The notes: generated by a model not told the origin, from the sequence alone. A stretch of 64,000 nucleotides of DNA from the human T2T-CHM13v2.0 reference genome, Homo sapiens (GCF_009914755.1 NC_060935.1), one strand, 5' to 3'. Shown: positions 1 through 16,014, counted from the stretch's first letter. Numbers and translations are program-made.

Positions 1-91
1 GGAGAATTGCTAGAACCCAGGAACAGGATGTTGCAGTGAGCCGAGATCATGCCACTGCACTCCAGCCTGGTGACAGAGTGAGACTCCGTCT

Positions 92-122
<31 letters not shown>
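1..122 (+). mobile_element. Alu, 3' part with poly(A)
   Basis: ttgcagtgagccgagatcatgccactgcactccagcctgg...tctc(A)n. Confidence 0.95.
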
Positions 123-124
<2 letters not shown>

Positions 125-1703
125 ATTATACTAAATTAACTCTATCTGTGCTCTATAAATGGAACAGCAAAGCCTGGATGACAGCACATCTGTTTACAAC
201 ACATGTTACTGAATATTGTAAGCCCACTGTTGAGACCTAATGCTCAGAAAAAGAGATTCTTTTCCAAATATTGCTGCTCCTTGACAATGTACCTGGTCAC
301 TCAAGAGTGCTGATGGAGATGTACAAGGAGATAAACGTTTTCATGCTTGCATACACAATATCCATTTTGCAGTCCATGGATTAAGGATTAATTTCGACAT
401 TCAAGTCTTATTATTTAACAATATATCTTGTAAGACTATAGCTGCCACAGATTCCTCAGATGGAGCTGGGCAAAGTCAAGTCAACTGAAACCTTCTGGAA
501 AGAATTTAGCATTCCAGATGCCATTAAGAATATTCATGTTTCATAAGAGGAGGTGGAAATGTCAACATTAAGTTCGGAAGAAGTTGATTCCAACCCTCAT
601 AAACGACTTTTTTTTTTTTTTTTTTGAGATGGAGTCTCATTCTGTCACCCAGGCTGGAGTGCAGTGGGGCGATCTTGGTTCACCACAACCTCCGCCTCCC
701 ACCTCAGCCTCCTGAGTGGCTGGGACTACAGGTGCCCACCACCCTACCCAGCCAATTTTTTGTATTTTTAGTAGAGACAGGGTTTCACCGTTAGCCAGGA
801 TGATCTCGATCTCCTAACCTCGTGATCTGCCCACCTCGGCCTCCCAAAATGCTGGGACTACAGGCTTGAGCCACCGCGCCCAGCTAAGAATATTCACGAT
901 TCATAAGTGGAGGTGAAAATATCAACATTAAGTTTGGAAGAAGTTGATTCCAACTCTCATGGATGACTTTGAGGGATTCAAGCCTTCGGTGGAGGAAGGA
1001 ACTGCAGATGTGGAAATAGCAAGAGAACTGGAATTAGAAGTGGGGCTGACGATGGGACTGAATTGCTGCAATCTCATGATAAAACTTGAATGGATGAGGA
1101 GTTGCCTCTTTGGGATGAGCAGAGGAAGTGGTTTCCCGAGATGCAATCTACTCCTGGTGAAGATGCTATGAACACTGTTGAAATGTCCACACAGGATCTA
1201 GAATATTCCATAAACTCAGTGGATAAAGCAGTGCAGGGTTTGAGAAGATTTCATCCAATTTTGAAATAAGTTTTACTGTGGGTAAAATGCTATCAAACAG
1301 CATTGCATGCTACAGAGAAATCGTTCGTGAGTCAATTAATGCAGCAAACTTCTTTGCTGTCTTATTTTATGGAATTGCCACAGCCACCCCAACCTTCAGC
1401 AACCACCACTCTGATCAGTTGGCAGCCATCAACATGAGACAAGACACTCCACCAACAAAAACATTACAGGCCACTGAAGATGCAGGTGATTCTTAAGTAT
1501 TTTTAACAAAGTATTTTTTAATTAGGGTATATACACTGCTTTTTTAGACATGATGCTATTACATACTTAATAGACTACATAGAGTATAAATATAACTTTA
1601 ATGTGCATTGGGAAACCAAAAAATGTGTGTGCCTCATTTTATTGCAAGATTCATTTTATTGCAGTGGTCTGGAACCAGACTCACTATCTCTAAGATATGC
1701 CTG
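123..1703 (+). mobile_element. Tigger1 DNA transposon, 3' portion (decayed transposase), interrupted by an Alu
   Basis: Tigger1-like sequence throughout (e.g. MDDFEGFK..VEE..ADVEIARELELEV in ORF 944..1171); terminal ...tctctaagatatgcctg at 1703. Confidence 0.9.
608..884 (-). mobile_element. Alu (AluY/Sc-like, small internal deletion)
   Basis: poly(T) 608-626 followed by reverse-complement Alu body. Confidence 0.95.
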
Positions 1704-2540
1704 TTATGTAAGTCATTGAGAATACTGAAGAAGATGTTGATGTTCAGGTCATTTCTGGATCAGAAGACATATTCCCTTTGTTCAGACCTTCCAGGCTGCA
1801 TACAACCCCGCGCCCCAGCCTCTGGTGGACCAGCCATCCTCTCCGCGTCTGCCGGCTGGAGCCCCACTCTCCTTTCCACCGGGGCCGAGGTCTCACGATG
1901 TCATCTCCCTGGCCTCCTGCAGGCTGAGCTGACCACTGGGCACCTTGGGTGGGAACACAAGGAGCTGCTCCGACTGCCCACGGCCCTCAGGCCAGCTGAC
2001 TGGCCCTGCTCCCTTTCCTGTCTGGCCCATGAGTCTCGGCCTCTTCACCTTGCATTTCCTGTCTCCCAGGAAGGTGGGAGCAGTGCTGAGTTTCATATTT
2101 TGCCTTAGGATGTTTCTCCTCACTCTCTCCTAACTGGTAGGCAGGAGTTGGTCCCTCTGTCACTCAATCTCCTAAAGGCTGTGATGTCCAGATCCTTCCG
2201 AAACCTGCTGCGTGCCTGGCCCAAGGGGCTCAAGACACAGAAAACCTGCAAATGGATGTAACGAGATCTCCGAGACACAAACCAGGCTGTCTTCTCCCTT
2301 ATCTCCAGAAAGGCAGTACATACAGCATGAGACCTGGGTGGTGATGGAGTGGGACAGGGGCTGACATGGTCAGGAGCTGTGGAGACGGAGTTTGTGGCTG
2401 ACACCAGCCTTGCGATGATGTACACACCGATCCCGGAAAGTTCTCAGGACTTCTTCAGGCCAGCCTCAGTTCTCTCTAAGTTCCCTTCATACCACAAAGC
2501 CCCTCAGCCACAAAAGGGAGCTGTGTCCTAGCACAGATGA

Positions 2541-2963
<423 letters not shown>

Positions 2964-3321
2964 ATTTCTGTCTTTTTCTTTGCATAACCAAACCAAAGCT
3001 AGTAAACGTGGATGGCATTGAACAGCATTGGATCAACATTCCAGACATGGAACACTCCTGGGTAGTATCATCCAACAGTCAAGAAAGGTCTGGACTTCGC
3101 AGCGGGGCTGACGGGAGTTTCTGCCTACTGAGTCTTGCTTGTACTCAGTGGACTGTGCAGACCATTAACTACAGCAATGATTCTGGCGAGGGGAGGCTAC
3201 GCCACCGAGGTCTGCAGAGCTGTAAGTTACAGAGCTAGGGTTGGCCATGCTGTTGAACAGAGTGATACATCTACACCCCTCTTAGTACAGTTCATGGTCA
3301 AGCTCAAATCAAAACCAAAGA

Positions 3322-3546
3322 GCAGGCGAGGCAACATAGGGAAACCGTCTCTACGAAAAATGAAAATTTTTAAAAATTAGCCAGGCATGATGGTACGTGT
3401 CTGCAGTCCCAGCTACTCTGGAGGCTGAGATAGAAGGGTCCCTTGAGCTGGGAGGTTGAGGCTGCAGTGAACTATGATTGCACCGCTGCATTCCAGCCTG
3501 GGTGACAGAGCAAGACCCTGACTCAAAACAAAACAAAAGAAAAAAT
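3322..3546 (+). mobile_element. Alu fragment (AluJ-like)
   Basis: Linker, right arm and A-rich tail. Confidence 0.85.
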
Positions 3547-3705
3547 GGAGACAGTGAGGGAAGGTCACTCACACTTGGTTCACATGAGTTACAAGTATTC
3601 TGCAAGGTGAGAGGCTAAGAACTGAGACTACCGGACTGTGGGCAGAATGCGGGCACTGGAGACAGGCAGAGGCAGCTGTGTTTGGCCTGAGTCTGCCACT
3701 TACGC

Positions 3706-4096
3706 TGAGTTATGAGTCACTCGGGCTGCTGTGGCAAAGCACCACAGAACAGGCTGCTTAAACCGCAGACATTTATTGTCTCCCATTCTGGAAGCCATAA
3801 GTCTGAGATCAAGATGTCTGCAGGGCTGGTTCCTCTGGAGGCCTCTCTTCCTGGCTTGCAGACGGCCACCTTCTCTGTGTCCCCAGGTGGTTGTCCCTCT
3901 GTGTGTGTCTGCGTCCTCACCTCCTCTTCTCATAAGGACTCCAGTCCGATGGGATCAGGGCCCACTCTAACAACTTCATTTAACTTGATTGCCTCTGTAA
4001 AGACCCAATCTCCAAATAAAGTCTCATTCTGAGGTCCTGGGCTATGACTTCATTCGATATAGAAATTTTGGTGGGGGAGAGACTTAGCCCACAACA
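3706..4096 (-). mobile_element. MaLR LTR (MLT1-type)
   Basis: gggctgctgtggcaaagcaccacaga...tctgagatcaagatgtctgcagggctggttcct, typical of MLT1. Confidence 0.8.
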
Positions 4097-6996
4097 CTGA
4101 ATGACCATGGGGCGAGTCTCTGCAACCTACCAAGGGCCACCACCTGCCTGTGTTGGGACACGTCCGCACTGCTGAGTAAGACACATAAACAATGGTGGAG
4201 CAGCAAACCAGCGCCGAAAAGTATCCGGCCTGCCAGGGTCACAGGAGCTTCTTGGGCAAGGCTGTTTTGATTTACAGCAATGTAGCAAGAAGAGTTTCCT
4301 GTGAGAGACTAAATTGCTTTCCAAATCTGTTTTGGGCCCTGTAAAATGGCGATGATGACGGGTGATTTTGGAAGATTGTAGTGAGGGCAAGGAAGTGTCT
4401 AGACAAAGCTTGAGAAAATGGTAAATATTATACCATATAAAATAGGTCTTATTGCCATGGGTTATCTGAAAGCTGTGGAAAGGGCCATCTACAACATGAG
4501 GCTTGGATTACACAGATGGATTCAGGGACCTCCACCTCTACGGCATCTGCTAACTCACCTTCCTCAGGTGAGACTTACATCCACCTTCCTCTTGACTTCT
4601 ACCCAAGGAGCCCAGGAAAAGCCAAGAGAACAAGGGGGAGGAAATGCCAGAGCATCTCAGGTCGTGGCCCCACAGGGATATTCCCTATTCAGGATCTGGA
4701 GCCAGAAACGCAGACCCCGGGGACAATCAAGATGCCAGCTCTGCAAACGCATGTAAGCAGCGTTCAGCAAGAACTTAGGAAAGCCGGAAAAAACTCCAAG
4801 TTTCTGAGCACGTCATTCATTACAAAGAAGCGCATTTCACATTCAGAATTTCCTCTGCAGCTACGGTTTCTGTCATCATCAAGTTCTGCATGATGCATTT
4901 TTAAGGACCCGTCATAAACACAAGCTTGGCAGGGGCCACGGAAAGGTGCGCGCAGGCGTCTTCGGGTCTTTGATAGCTGTTCACGTGCAATCCGTGTACT
5001 TGCACACCTCCAACAAATAACCAACATCAAGGTCACCCCAAACTACAATTGGTTTATTCCCAAATGCAATTATCCAAATGAAATAATACTTCTTACTGCG
5101 GACAGAGGCCCATTGGGCTGGTGCTCGTGGTGGCAAACACTAAAACCCCGGCACGGGTAACACACGAAGCTGAAATCAGACATGTCAATGGAACAGGGAA
5201 ATGTGGGGTGACCTCGACTCAGAAGGACAGCCTAGTCGGGGGGTGCTGAGGTCCAAGAGTCAGGCTTAGTGCTTCTGCATGTTTAAACGCCAATAAAGGG
5301 TAACGGAGCTGTGGATTCGTTTTTCCAATCAGAACATTTTTCGCACAGTGAAAGCTTCATGGCAGCCGCTGGATGCTGTGGCGAAGCGGTGGGCAGACTG
5401 TATCTCCAGGCGATTAGTAAGAGGCTGCCTGTCTGTCTCTGCTATTGTCAAGGTGATGCTAAACTGGGAGACACTGCTTGGTTCTGCCAGTGGTCCATGG
5501 ACTCCTTGGGGGTGACTTAATCTTCCTCTTTTCATAGCCATGATTTCAGGCAGAGCCATTGTAAAGCAGAGATCAGATGCTGGCCAGAGAAGTCCCTTTA
5601 GAAGCAATAAGTTGAAGTGAAGTAAGTCAGCCATGGAAGGGGGGTTATAATTAAAAAGTCCTGACTGCAGACACAAAACACTTACTATGTGCCCATAGCC
5701 TGGCTCGTAAGCATGTTAAACACATCATCTCTTCCTTATGTTCTCCGGGAGGCAGCATTAGCACCCCCAGGCCCAAAGAGGAATGCTCCAAAAATGCCAG
5801 ATCATTCCCAGAGCCACACAGCTGCAAGAGGAGGAGCAGGGATTAAGGGGGTCCCCGAGGCCGAGCTAATGAGTCCAACTCGATCCTGGCAGCACACAGA
5901 CGGAGCCATGAGTCAGGAAGATTAAGCCAGCAGGAGGTCAGAAAGTGGATTAGCGACGAGGCCACAGAGGCAGGTGAGGCTGCTGCCGGGACGCAGATGC
6001 TGCTCAGAAGCTGTGGTGTGGGAGGCCTTGTCCGCCCAGAAGGGAGAGCAGCGAGGGAAGGGTGGAGGCTGGCGGGGAGGCAGAGTCGGAGCCAGGCTGG
6101 AGGAATCGCCCAGGTCCAACCTCAGAGCAAAGATGCTGGAAAAAAGCCTCACCCTTGGATTTAACACAGAAAAGTAAAAACTGATGATCTGCGGCCCTGG
6201 TATTGCCACCCTCTGGATAAGCCTTACCAGCTTGGGATGCCAGCAAAGAGGGGACGGCTGCTCCTCACCAGCATGGCCCCAAACCACAATACTCCCCCTA
6301 CACTGTGGGATTTACAGAGCTTTGCTACAGAACTTGTAGTAATTCCAGACCAAAGTCACTTTTCCCGTACATTGTTTTCTCCATGAGATTTAAGTAGGCA
6401 TTAACTCTAAGCCAACGATGAAGAGCACCTCAAGTCAAGACGTTTTATGTGCAGGCTACGGAGACCCTGCAAACTGGGCCAATCTCTCCCATATACAAAG
6501 CACGAACCCAATACGTAACAGAGGAAGGGTCCACATATAATCCTTACAATATTTGCTTTAAATGACGTGTAAGAAAACAAAGTCCTTCTCTGCCTTTATC
6601 GAGGATGCCCTGTGACGTGAATAATAACCAATATGATCAAGGCTTGACTTTCCATGGCAACTTTCATTGGAAGGCCCCACAGCCTTCCCTTTTTTTCTAA
6701 ACAATTTGTAACTCACCAGTTTCTTGACTAAAATAGTCAAGTGTAAACCACTCCTCTTAAGGACAGGTAGGCTAGTTTTCATTGTTGTATTACAGAGACA
6801 GTGGAGGCAGAGGGAAGGCTGAGGGGCTGGGGAGCAGCACTCTCTTTGGTCTTAGCAACCAGTTAATGAAACCACAATCAGATTCCATGCCTTCTACCTC
6901 CCCAAGAGGTAATCCAAATGCATACTACAAAGGACATGGCGGGGCTACTCAAAGTGGAGACCAAAGATCCTAACCATGTATTTCTATAATCAAGAG

Positions 6997-7227
6997 AATG
7001 GATAGATGGGTGAATGAGTGGATGGAGGGAGGGAGGGAGGGGTGAGGTGGGTAGGAGGATGAGTGGATGCATGGATGGGTGGCTGGGTAGGTGGGTGGCT
7101 GGGTGGATGCACAGATGAATGGATGGATGGATGGATGGATGGATGGATGGATGGATGGATGGCCGGCCGGACGGCTGGCTGGCTGGCTGGCTGGCTGGCT
7201 GGGTAGGTGGGTGGCTGGGAGGATGCA

Positions 7228-7262
<35 letters not shown>

Positions 7263-7515
7263 GTAGGTGGGTGGCTGGGTGGATGCACAGATGGAGGGAA
7301 GGATGAATGGACAGATGGAGGGAGGGAGGGAGGGAGGGACGGACGGACAGACGGAGGGAGGGAGGGAGAGAGAGACAGAGGGATGGACGGACGGATGGAT
7401 GGCAGGCAGACAGGCAGGCAGGCTGGCTGGCTGGATGGATAGATAGACGGATGAGTGAGTGGAGGGGGGATGTGGATGGATTGGAGGGTCAGGGGATGGG
7501 TGGGTAGGTGGGTGG
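6997..7515. repeat. Compound microsatellite (GGAT)n/(GGCT)n/(GGGA)n/(GGAC)n
   Basis: Directly visible tetranucleotide arrays. Confidence 0.95.
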
Positions 7516-7823
7516 AAGCGTAGAGTGGAGGGGTGGTCTAGGGGGCCTCCCTGGTTAGGCTGGAGTCAGTGTTGGGCCACACTCCATGGACTCAAAGTTT
7601 TTGAATAAAGACCATTATCATGTTACCATCTTCTGCCCAAGTCCTTTTTGATGACTTTTCTTTTAGGGCAGAAAATGTGCTCATGTCAAGGCAACATATA
7701 CCTAAACTTCTAATTAAGTCTATAATCCCAGAAGAATTTCATTTAGCTAACAAGCAACTGGGAGAGAACATTCTGGAACAAAACATCTGAAACTGAAAGG
7801 GCAGCCCAAAGGAAAACTATGTA

Positions 7824-7931
7824 TTTTTTTTTTTTTTTTTAGGGAAGGGGTCTCATTACGTTGCCCAGGTGATCCCCCTGCCTGAGCCTTCTGAGTAGCT
7901 GGGATTACAGTTGTGCACCACTGCACCCGGC
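7824..7931 (-). mobile_element. Alu monomer/fragment
   Basis: poly(T) plus ...gagtagctgggattacag...cacccggct. Confidence 0.8.
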
Positions 7932-7984
7932 TACATTCGTGGATAAAAGAGCTTTTACCTTTCTCGGTGGACTGGGTGACTTGA

Positions 7985-8656
<672 letters not shown>

Positions 8657-9354
8657 TAAACCCTCTCTCCAGGACAGCCCCACTGGCTTTGTCATAGGGA
8701 AGCGTCTGTGGGTCTCCAGCTTTCCCTGCACTTCCCAGGGTCCCAGCCTCCAGCACCATTTACCTGGAGCCCCCATCTCTTCTAATCCTTCTCCTCTCAC
8801 CAGAGAGGCCAAGATTACCCTTTTCAAATATAAACGATGTCACATGCTCTGTACCAAACCTCTGCCCATCAAATACAACCATGGCCTCCTTGTCATGACC
8901 CTATACCTGGACACCCACCGCCCACCTCTGCTGCCTCACACACACTGCTCCCGCAGCCCTCAGCCTTCTCTGCTGAGCCAACACACCAAGTTTGTGCATA
9001 CCTCAGGCTGGCTGTCCCTGAAGACCCTCACCCTAGAAGATTCCAAGCAAAGACCCTCTCCCATCCTCTGAGGCTCTGTACAGCCATTGGCGCCTCACCC
9101 CACAGAGGCAAGGGTTTAAATGAATTCACTCACTCCATAGCCAGATACCCAGCATTCACTCGGTTGTACCGGCTGATGGGGTACAAGGATGAGCAGAGCC
9201 TGCACTAGGTGTCCTTGTGGAGCGGAATTGCTGCCCAGCTGCCCCCCAGGCGCTTAGCTGTGAAATCCCCCTGTAAACAAAGAGACCGAGGAGAAGCCAT
9301 GGAGCCATGGAATCCTCAGGAAAAAGAATCCACTGACTTGCACACTTCCAATAG

Positions 9355-9759
<405 letters not shown>

Positions 9760-9974
9760 TAGAGAACTTCTGACAGTCTGGTCTGAAGCTGTTCTGGTTG
9801 CCCAAGAGGAAGACGACAGGAAAGGTGGGGTGGTGATGAAGGCTGAGGGAACAACACAGGCTTGCGGGGGTCTAGAAGGTACAGTGACCAGACTTAGGGA
9901 GGGACTGGCTATAGGAGCTGTAGAGATGGAAGCTCAGGAGGACGCCTACATTCTGGTTGCGACGGCTGAATCAA

Positions 9975-11130
<1,156 letters not shown>

Positions 11131-11777
11131 AAAAGAAAGTTTTAGTCTTTTCTTTTTTTTAAATCCTTTTTTAAAATAAGTATTAAAATCCTTACTTAAA
11201 AAAAAAAAAAAAAAAGGTAACTGCTATCTAAGAGAGCAAATAACAGTGGGGCCAGACCTGGAGGTTCCTAGAGAAAGTTACGGTCATAGCATTGGTTTTG
11301 CACAACTTGAGTTGAGGGGCATCTGGGCTTTCAACAGAGAAGGTATGGAGGGGGAAATAAGGCCCAGCCCCCCCAAAGGAGGCTGCAGCAGGAGATGTGA
11401 CCGTAGATGCTGTGTGAATGGAAATTCTATCGCCGCCAGGGTGCTGGGTGCAGGGAGCCGCTAACAGAAGTTCTATCGGTGCCAGGGTGCTGGCTGCAGG
11501 GAGCTGGGCCTGGCCGAGAAGCCCTCCCGCCACCCACTCCCTGGAAGGCCCAGGTGTTGAACAGAATGCAGCAGAAGGCAAATCTGACCAGAACTGGCTT
11601 TCTACCTGGAAAAATCCACCCGAGGGAAACAAGGACAAACCTTCTTGAAGTGGAATTAAGAGGCTGCCATTCAGGATCACGACCACCCAAGCTGCCAGTC
11701 TCTCAGGCACATGGACTCCATCAACTCCTAGAAGACACCCAGCTCTCACCTTGCAGGGTCCAGGAGCAAGGAATCAG

Positions 11778-12063
11778 ACACACACACAGCAAAGCATCGA
11801 AACGCAGCTTCTAACGGTAACGAACCACCCCTGCACCAGCCGCCCAGAGCCCTCTCTCACAATGGGCGGGCGCACACACACAGCAAAGCACCCGAATGCA
11901 GCTTCTAATGGTAACGAACCACACTCCTGCACCAGCCGCCCAGAGCCCTCTCTCACAATGGGTGGGCGCACACATACAGCAAAGCACCCGAACACAGCTT
12001 CTAACGGTAACTAACCACCCCTGCACCGGCCGTCCAGAGCCCCCTCTCACAATGGCCGGGCGC
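11778..12063. repeat. Minisatellite, ~3 copies of a 94-96 bp unit
   Basis: cagcaaagca at 11787, 11881 and 11977 with conserved gcagcttctaa..ggtaac..accagccgcccagagccctctctcacaatgg. Confidence 0.95.
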
Positions 12064-12334
12064 CTCATGGTCTCTGAGGATGAGGAGCCAGCCCCAGGTA
12101 CAGGAGGGGAAGATAGGCTCAGACGTTGCCAGCACAGGTAGAGTCCTCCCAATATTCAAAAGTAGAGGAATCCTCAAATACAAAATGCAAATGCGGTAAT
12201 TATGTGCCTGTGACCAAAAAGAGGGGATTAAATCCTGAAGGTGGAGGAGGTGAAACCTCCTTACTTTTGGGGTTCTATTTTAATCCACAATAATAAGCAG
12301 ACGGGCCAAGGCCACTTTGGAATCAAGCATATCC

Positions 12335-12633
12335 GGCCGGGCGCGGTGGTTCACGCCTGTAATCCCAGCACTTTGGGAGGCTGAGGTGGGAGGATCACTT
12401 GAGCCCAGGAGTTCGAAACCTCTCTGGACAATAGTGAGACTCTGTCTCTACTAAAAAGAAAAAAAAATCCCAGTGTGGTGGCGTGCACTTGGGAAGCTGA
12501 AGCAGGAAGATCCCTTGAGCCAAGGGTGCAGTGAGTTGTGATTGCACCACTGAACTCCAGCCTGAGTGACAGAGCAAGACCCTATCTCAAAAAAAAAAAA
12601 AAAAAGAAAAGAAAAAGAAAAAGAAAAAGAAAA
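12335..12633 (+). mobile_element. Alu (AluJ-like)
   Basis: ggccgggcgcggtggttcacgcc... with A-rich tail. Confidence 0.9.
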
Positions 12634-13150
12634 ATCTGAGAGTCCATTTGGAAGCAGCAGACAGACGAGAGGACATCCCCGTCAGCAGATGCATGCCACA
12701 GGGTGAGGCAGCACAGCGGGAATGAGAGGGCAGGGCCCTCCCAGCATGGCAAAGGTAGTGGGGATTTTGAGTGACTGTACAGGCAGGGAGAGAGGGAGGA
12801 CAGCTGAGTGACAATGCATGGTCTTTGAGGGGGTCAGGTTGGCAGTGCAAATGCTTTTTCCTAAATGAAGTACCCCACTGGAAGATGCACGTGCTTTATA
12901 AATGGAAGCACTGACTCAAGCACAGAATGGGACACTCATTTTCCCTGAGCGTCTGCTGGGAGGTGGGCCAGGTCGCAAGGATCAGCCCTCAGAGTGACAG
13001 CTTCAGCTGAGCTACTCGGTGCCAGGCCTCAGGGAGAGGCGGATGCGGGGCCGACGTAGACACCCCAGCAGAGCCCGACAAAGGCCGCCACAGCCCCGTT
13101 CTATTTTCTTCTCTGCTCTCCTTGCAACATGGCATTCACTGTGGATTAAA

Positions 13151-13338
13151 GGGGTAGGGGGAGGGGGGAGGGATAGCATTAGAAGATATACCTTATGTTA
13201 AATGATGAGTTAATGGGTGCAGCACAGCAACATGGCACATGTATACATATGTAACTAACCTGCACATTGTGCACATGGACCCTAAAACTTAAAGTATAAT
13301 AATAATAAAATAAAATAAATAAATAAATAAAAGAAAAA
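13151..13338 (+). mobile_element. Young L1PA (about L1PA2-3) 3' end, 5'-truncated
   Basis: gggatagcattag...gtaactaacctgcacattgtgcacatg..ccctaaaacttaaagtataat plus A-rich tail. Confidence 0.9.
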
Positions 13339-15044
13339 CCACTTTGGGCCACGGGGCCAGTTTTCTTCCCTCTTCCTCATTCACACTCCCCCAGAAATAA
13401 CAGAGCTCACCAGTTTGTACTGATTTTGGCACATGCCACTTGTTTTAAAGGCCATGCTGAATGTCCAGAGCCAGCACTCCACCACTGTGCATTTGAGAGG
13501 ATGCAGAGAGGCTGCCCTCCCTGTGCCCAGAGCCCACCCCACCACTCCCTGCGTGGCCCGGGAAGCCCACCCACACACGACTATTCAAGTGAGGGCTCCG
13601 GTTGTGCCTGAAGGGTTGTGAGCACTGCTAGAGGCTCTCACTCAATGACTTAAAGCTTCAGTTCCACTGGAGGGTGAGGCTCAGAAACAGCACTCACTCG
13701 GCCAGCAGCAGTAGGCCCGGACAGCAAGGGAGGAGGGGTGGCATTGGGGGAGAAAAGGGGCCGCCCAGGTGCTTCTCCAGCACCAACTCCCAGTGGACGG
13801 GCACTGGGGCCTCGGTGCAGACTCACTCGGCAGCTCCTGGCTGGCTCCTCCGGGCAGGGTTCCAGGAACTGTCTCGTGTCCCTGGCTCCACAGAGGACTC
13901 AGCCCCACAAGGGATTTCTCACACGGGAACAATGTCTGCTTTGTTGCTGAGAGCTCACACCCGGGGGATTTCTGGTTTCAGCCTCCAGGGGCTTTGTTTG
14001 TCTTGAACAGAGTGAAGCAAAGTGGTCTTCAGAAGGTTCCAGAAACAACCAGGCTCCCACGAGTAGAGACTAAACCCTGAAGAGGCCCTGGCTTTCACGA
14101 GGAGGTGCTGTAGGTTAAATCTGGGCTGGAGCAGACCTGTGGCTCCATCCATCACTCCAACAGGTCTCCAGTGACTCTAGCAAAGTGGGCAGAACACCTG
14201 CTGGGGAAACAGCCCCTGCCCTGCAAGGGGAAGATTACCCTGCCAAGGAAAGCGTCAAACAGGCAGGGAGGCAGGGTCCGGCCGGGTGTAGAAGGCCCCT
14301 GATCTCCCAACACCCTTGCCCCAGTGCCGATGGAGGACCTCAGTGGCTGAGATGACCGGGGCCTCCCTTCTACGTGGCTGATGAGAGCCTCCGAGTGTGG
14401 GTAGCACCAGCAGGAGGGTGGACCCAGGAGAACAGAAACAGTAATGGGCCCCTTGTGGCTGCTCCCCGGGCTGAACGCCAACCCGCAATGGCTCACTTCA
14501 CAAGTGGTGTTTGTTCCCGACAGGTGGAACCCCGAGGCTCAGATCTTCAGACCCTCGCCCAAAAGTGTAGAGTGAATGGCGAGGGAGACGTGCTTCTGAC
14601 TCATGCCAGGACGACTGGGGCCGGGGCTGCTTCCCACGCAGCGCTGCCTGCTGGCTGCCTTCCTGCCGGGAATTCAACTTGCAGGTGCAAATCAGCCCAG
14701 TACCAAGCAGTTGGTGGCACACCCAACGCCAGCCTCCCAGGGCTTCCATCCAGCAGGTTTCAAGGCCCAAGGCTGGGTGTCCCCAGGACAGTGGCTCTGC
14801 CCCTCACTGGCTCTGAAGTCTGACCCTCCTGTTCCCATCTGTAAAGTGGGATTAAGCATAAACCCTCCCCATGAGTAGGAGGGAGCAGTGGGGCTCCCGG
14901 GGCTGGCTGGCGTCCTACGCCTTCCTCCACCTGCAGGTTACATGCTGCGTTCCGTTTGAGTGTACGGGACACATGCCCTGTGGACGGGTGTGTTATCCTT
15001 CAACAAAGATGCTCACAGTGCTGTCTACCTCAAGGCTGACAGCA

Positions 15045-15326
15045 GTTTGGGAGATCGAGGTGGGCAGATCACCTGAGGTCAGGCGTTCGAGACCAGCCTG
15101 GCCAACATGGTGAAACCCCCTCTCTACTAAAAATACAAAAAAAAAAAAATTATCTGGGTGTCATGGTGGGTAACTGTAATCCCAGCTACTCAGGAGGCTG
15201 AGGCAGGAGAATTTCTTGAATCTGGGAGGCAAGAGACAGAGGTTGCTGTGAGGTGAGATGGCGCCATTGCACTCCAGCCTGGGCAAGAGAGCGAGACTCT
15301 TTCTCAAACAAACAAACAACAACAAG
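15045..15326 (+). mobile_element. Alu (AluS)
   Basis: Alu body with (CAAA)n tail. Confidence 0.9.
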
Positions 15327-15485
15327 AAGATGTGACTTTGCTCCTCCTCCAACTTCCACCATAATTGTGAGGCCTCCCCAGCCATGTGGAACTGTGAGTC
15401 TATTAAACCTGTTTTTTATTACAAATTACTCAGTCTCCGGTAGTTAGCAGCGTCGTTATTACCAGCATGAGAATGGGCTAATACA
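15327..15485 (+). mobile_element. THE1/MST MaLR LTR 3' fragment
   Basis: tgtgaggcctccccagccatgtggaactgtgagtc...ctaataca. Confidence 0.8.
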
Positions 15486-16014
15486 ATGTCTCAGGAAAGA
15501 CAGGGATTCCAGGCCCTGCACGTAGACTCCACTCTCCCAGCCCTGGGCCTGCTCCTCTCCAAAGGCAAACAGATGGCCAAATCTAACTTCATGATGGAGC
15601 CAAACGGAATTCACCCATGCACTATGCGAACCAACAGAAAGCCCAAACTACTGACAGCCAACCTAGACGAGACAGGCAGAAATGTCAGGGAAGCCACAGG
15701 GACCCCGCACAGACACAAAATGAACCACAGCAAGAAAGACGGCATGCAAACCTCCAACGGTCTCTGAGCTGCATGAAAACTCACCACAATTAAAAGAAGA
15801 AAAGCCCCCGAGAATGCTTGATGCCAGGGAGGACAAAAATAAGACAGAAAACCTACCAAACAAACAACTCAAGAGAGTATTTTCAAAAAGAAAGAGTGCA
15901 GGGCTATGGAAACAAAAACTCAAAGGAGCATGACTACAGTAAATTAGAAATCACAAAAATTAGAACGGGTCTAACTGAGAACACAACAATTAAAAGCTCA
16001 AGAAAATCATGGCA

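Noticed and set aside
944-1496. Transposase-like ORFs
   Set aside because: Fragmented Tigger1 remnant with stops and frameshifts
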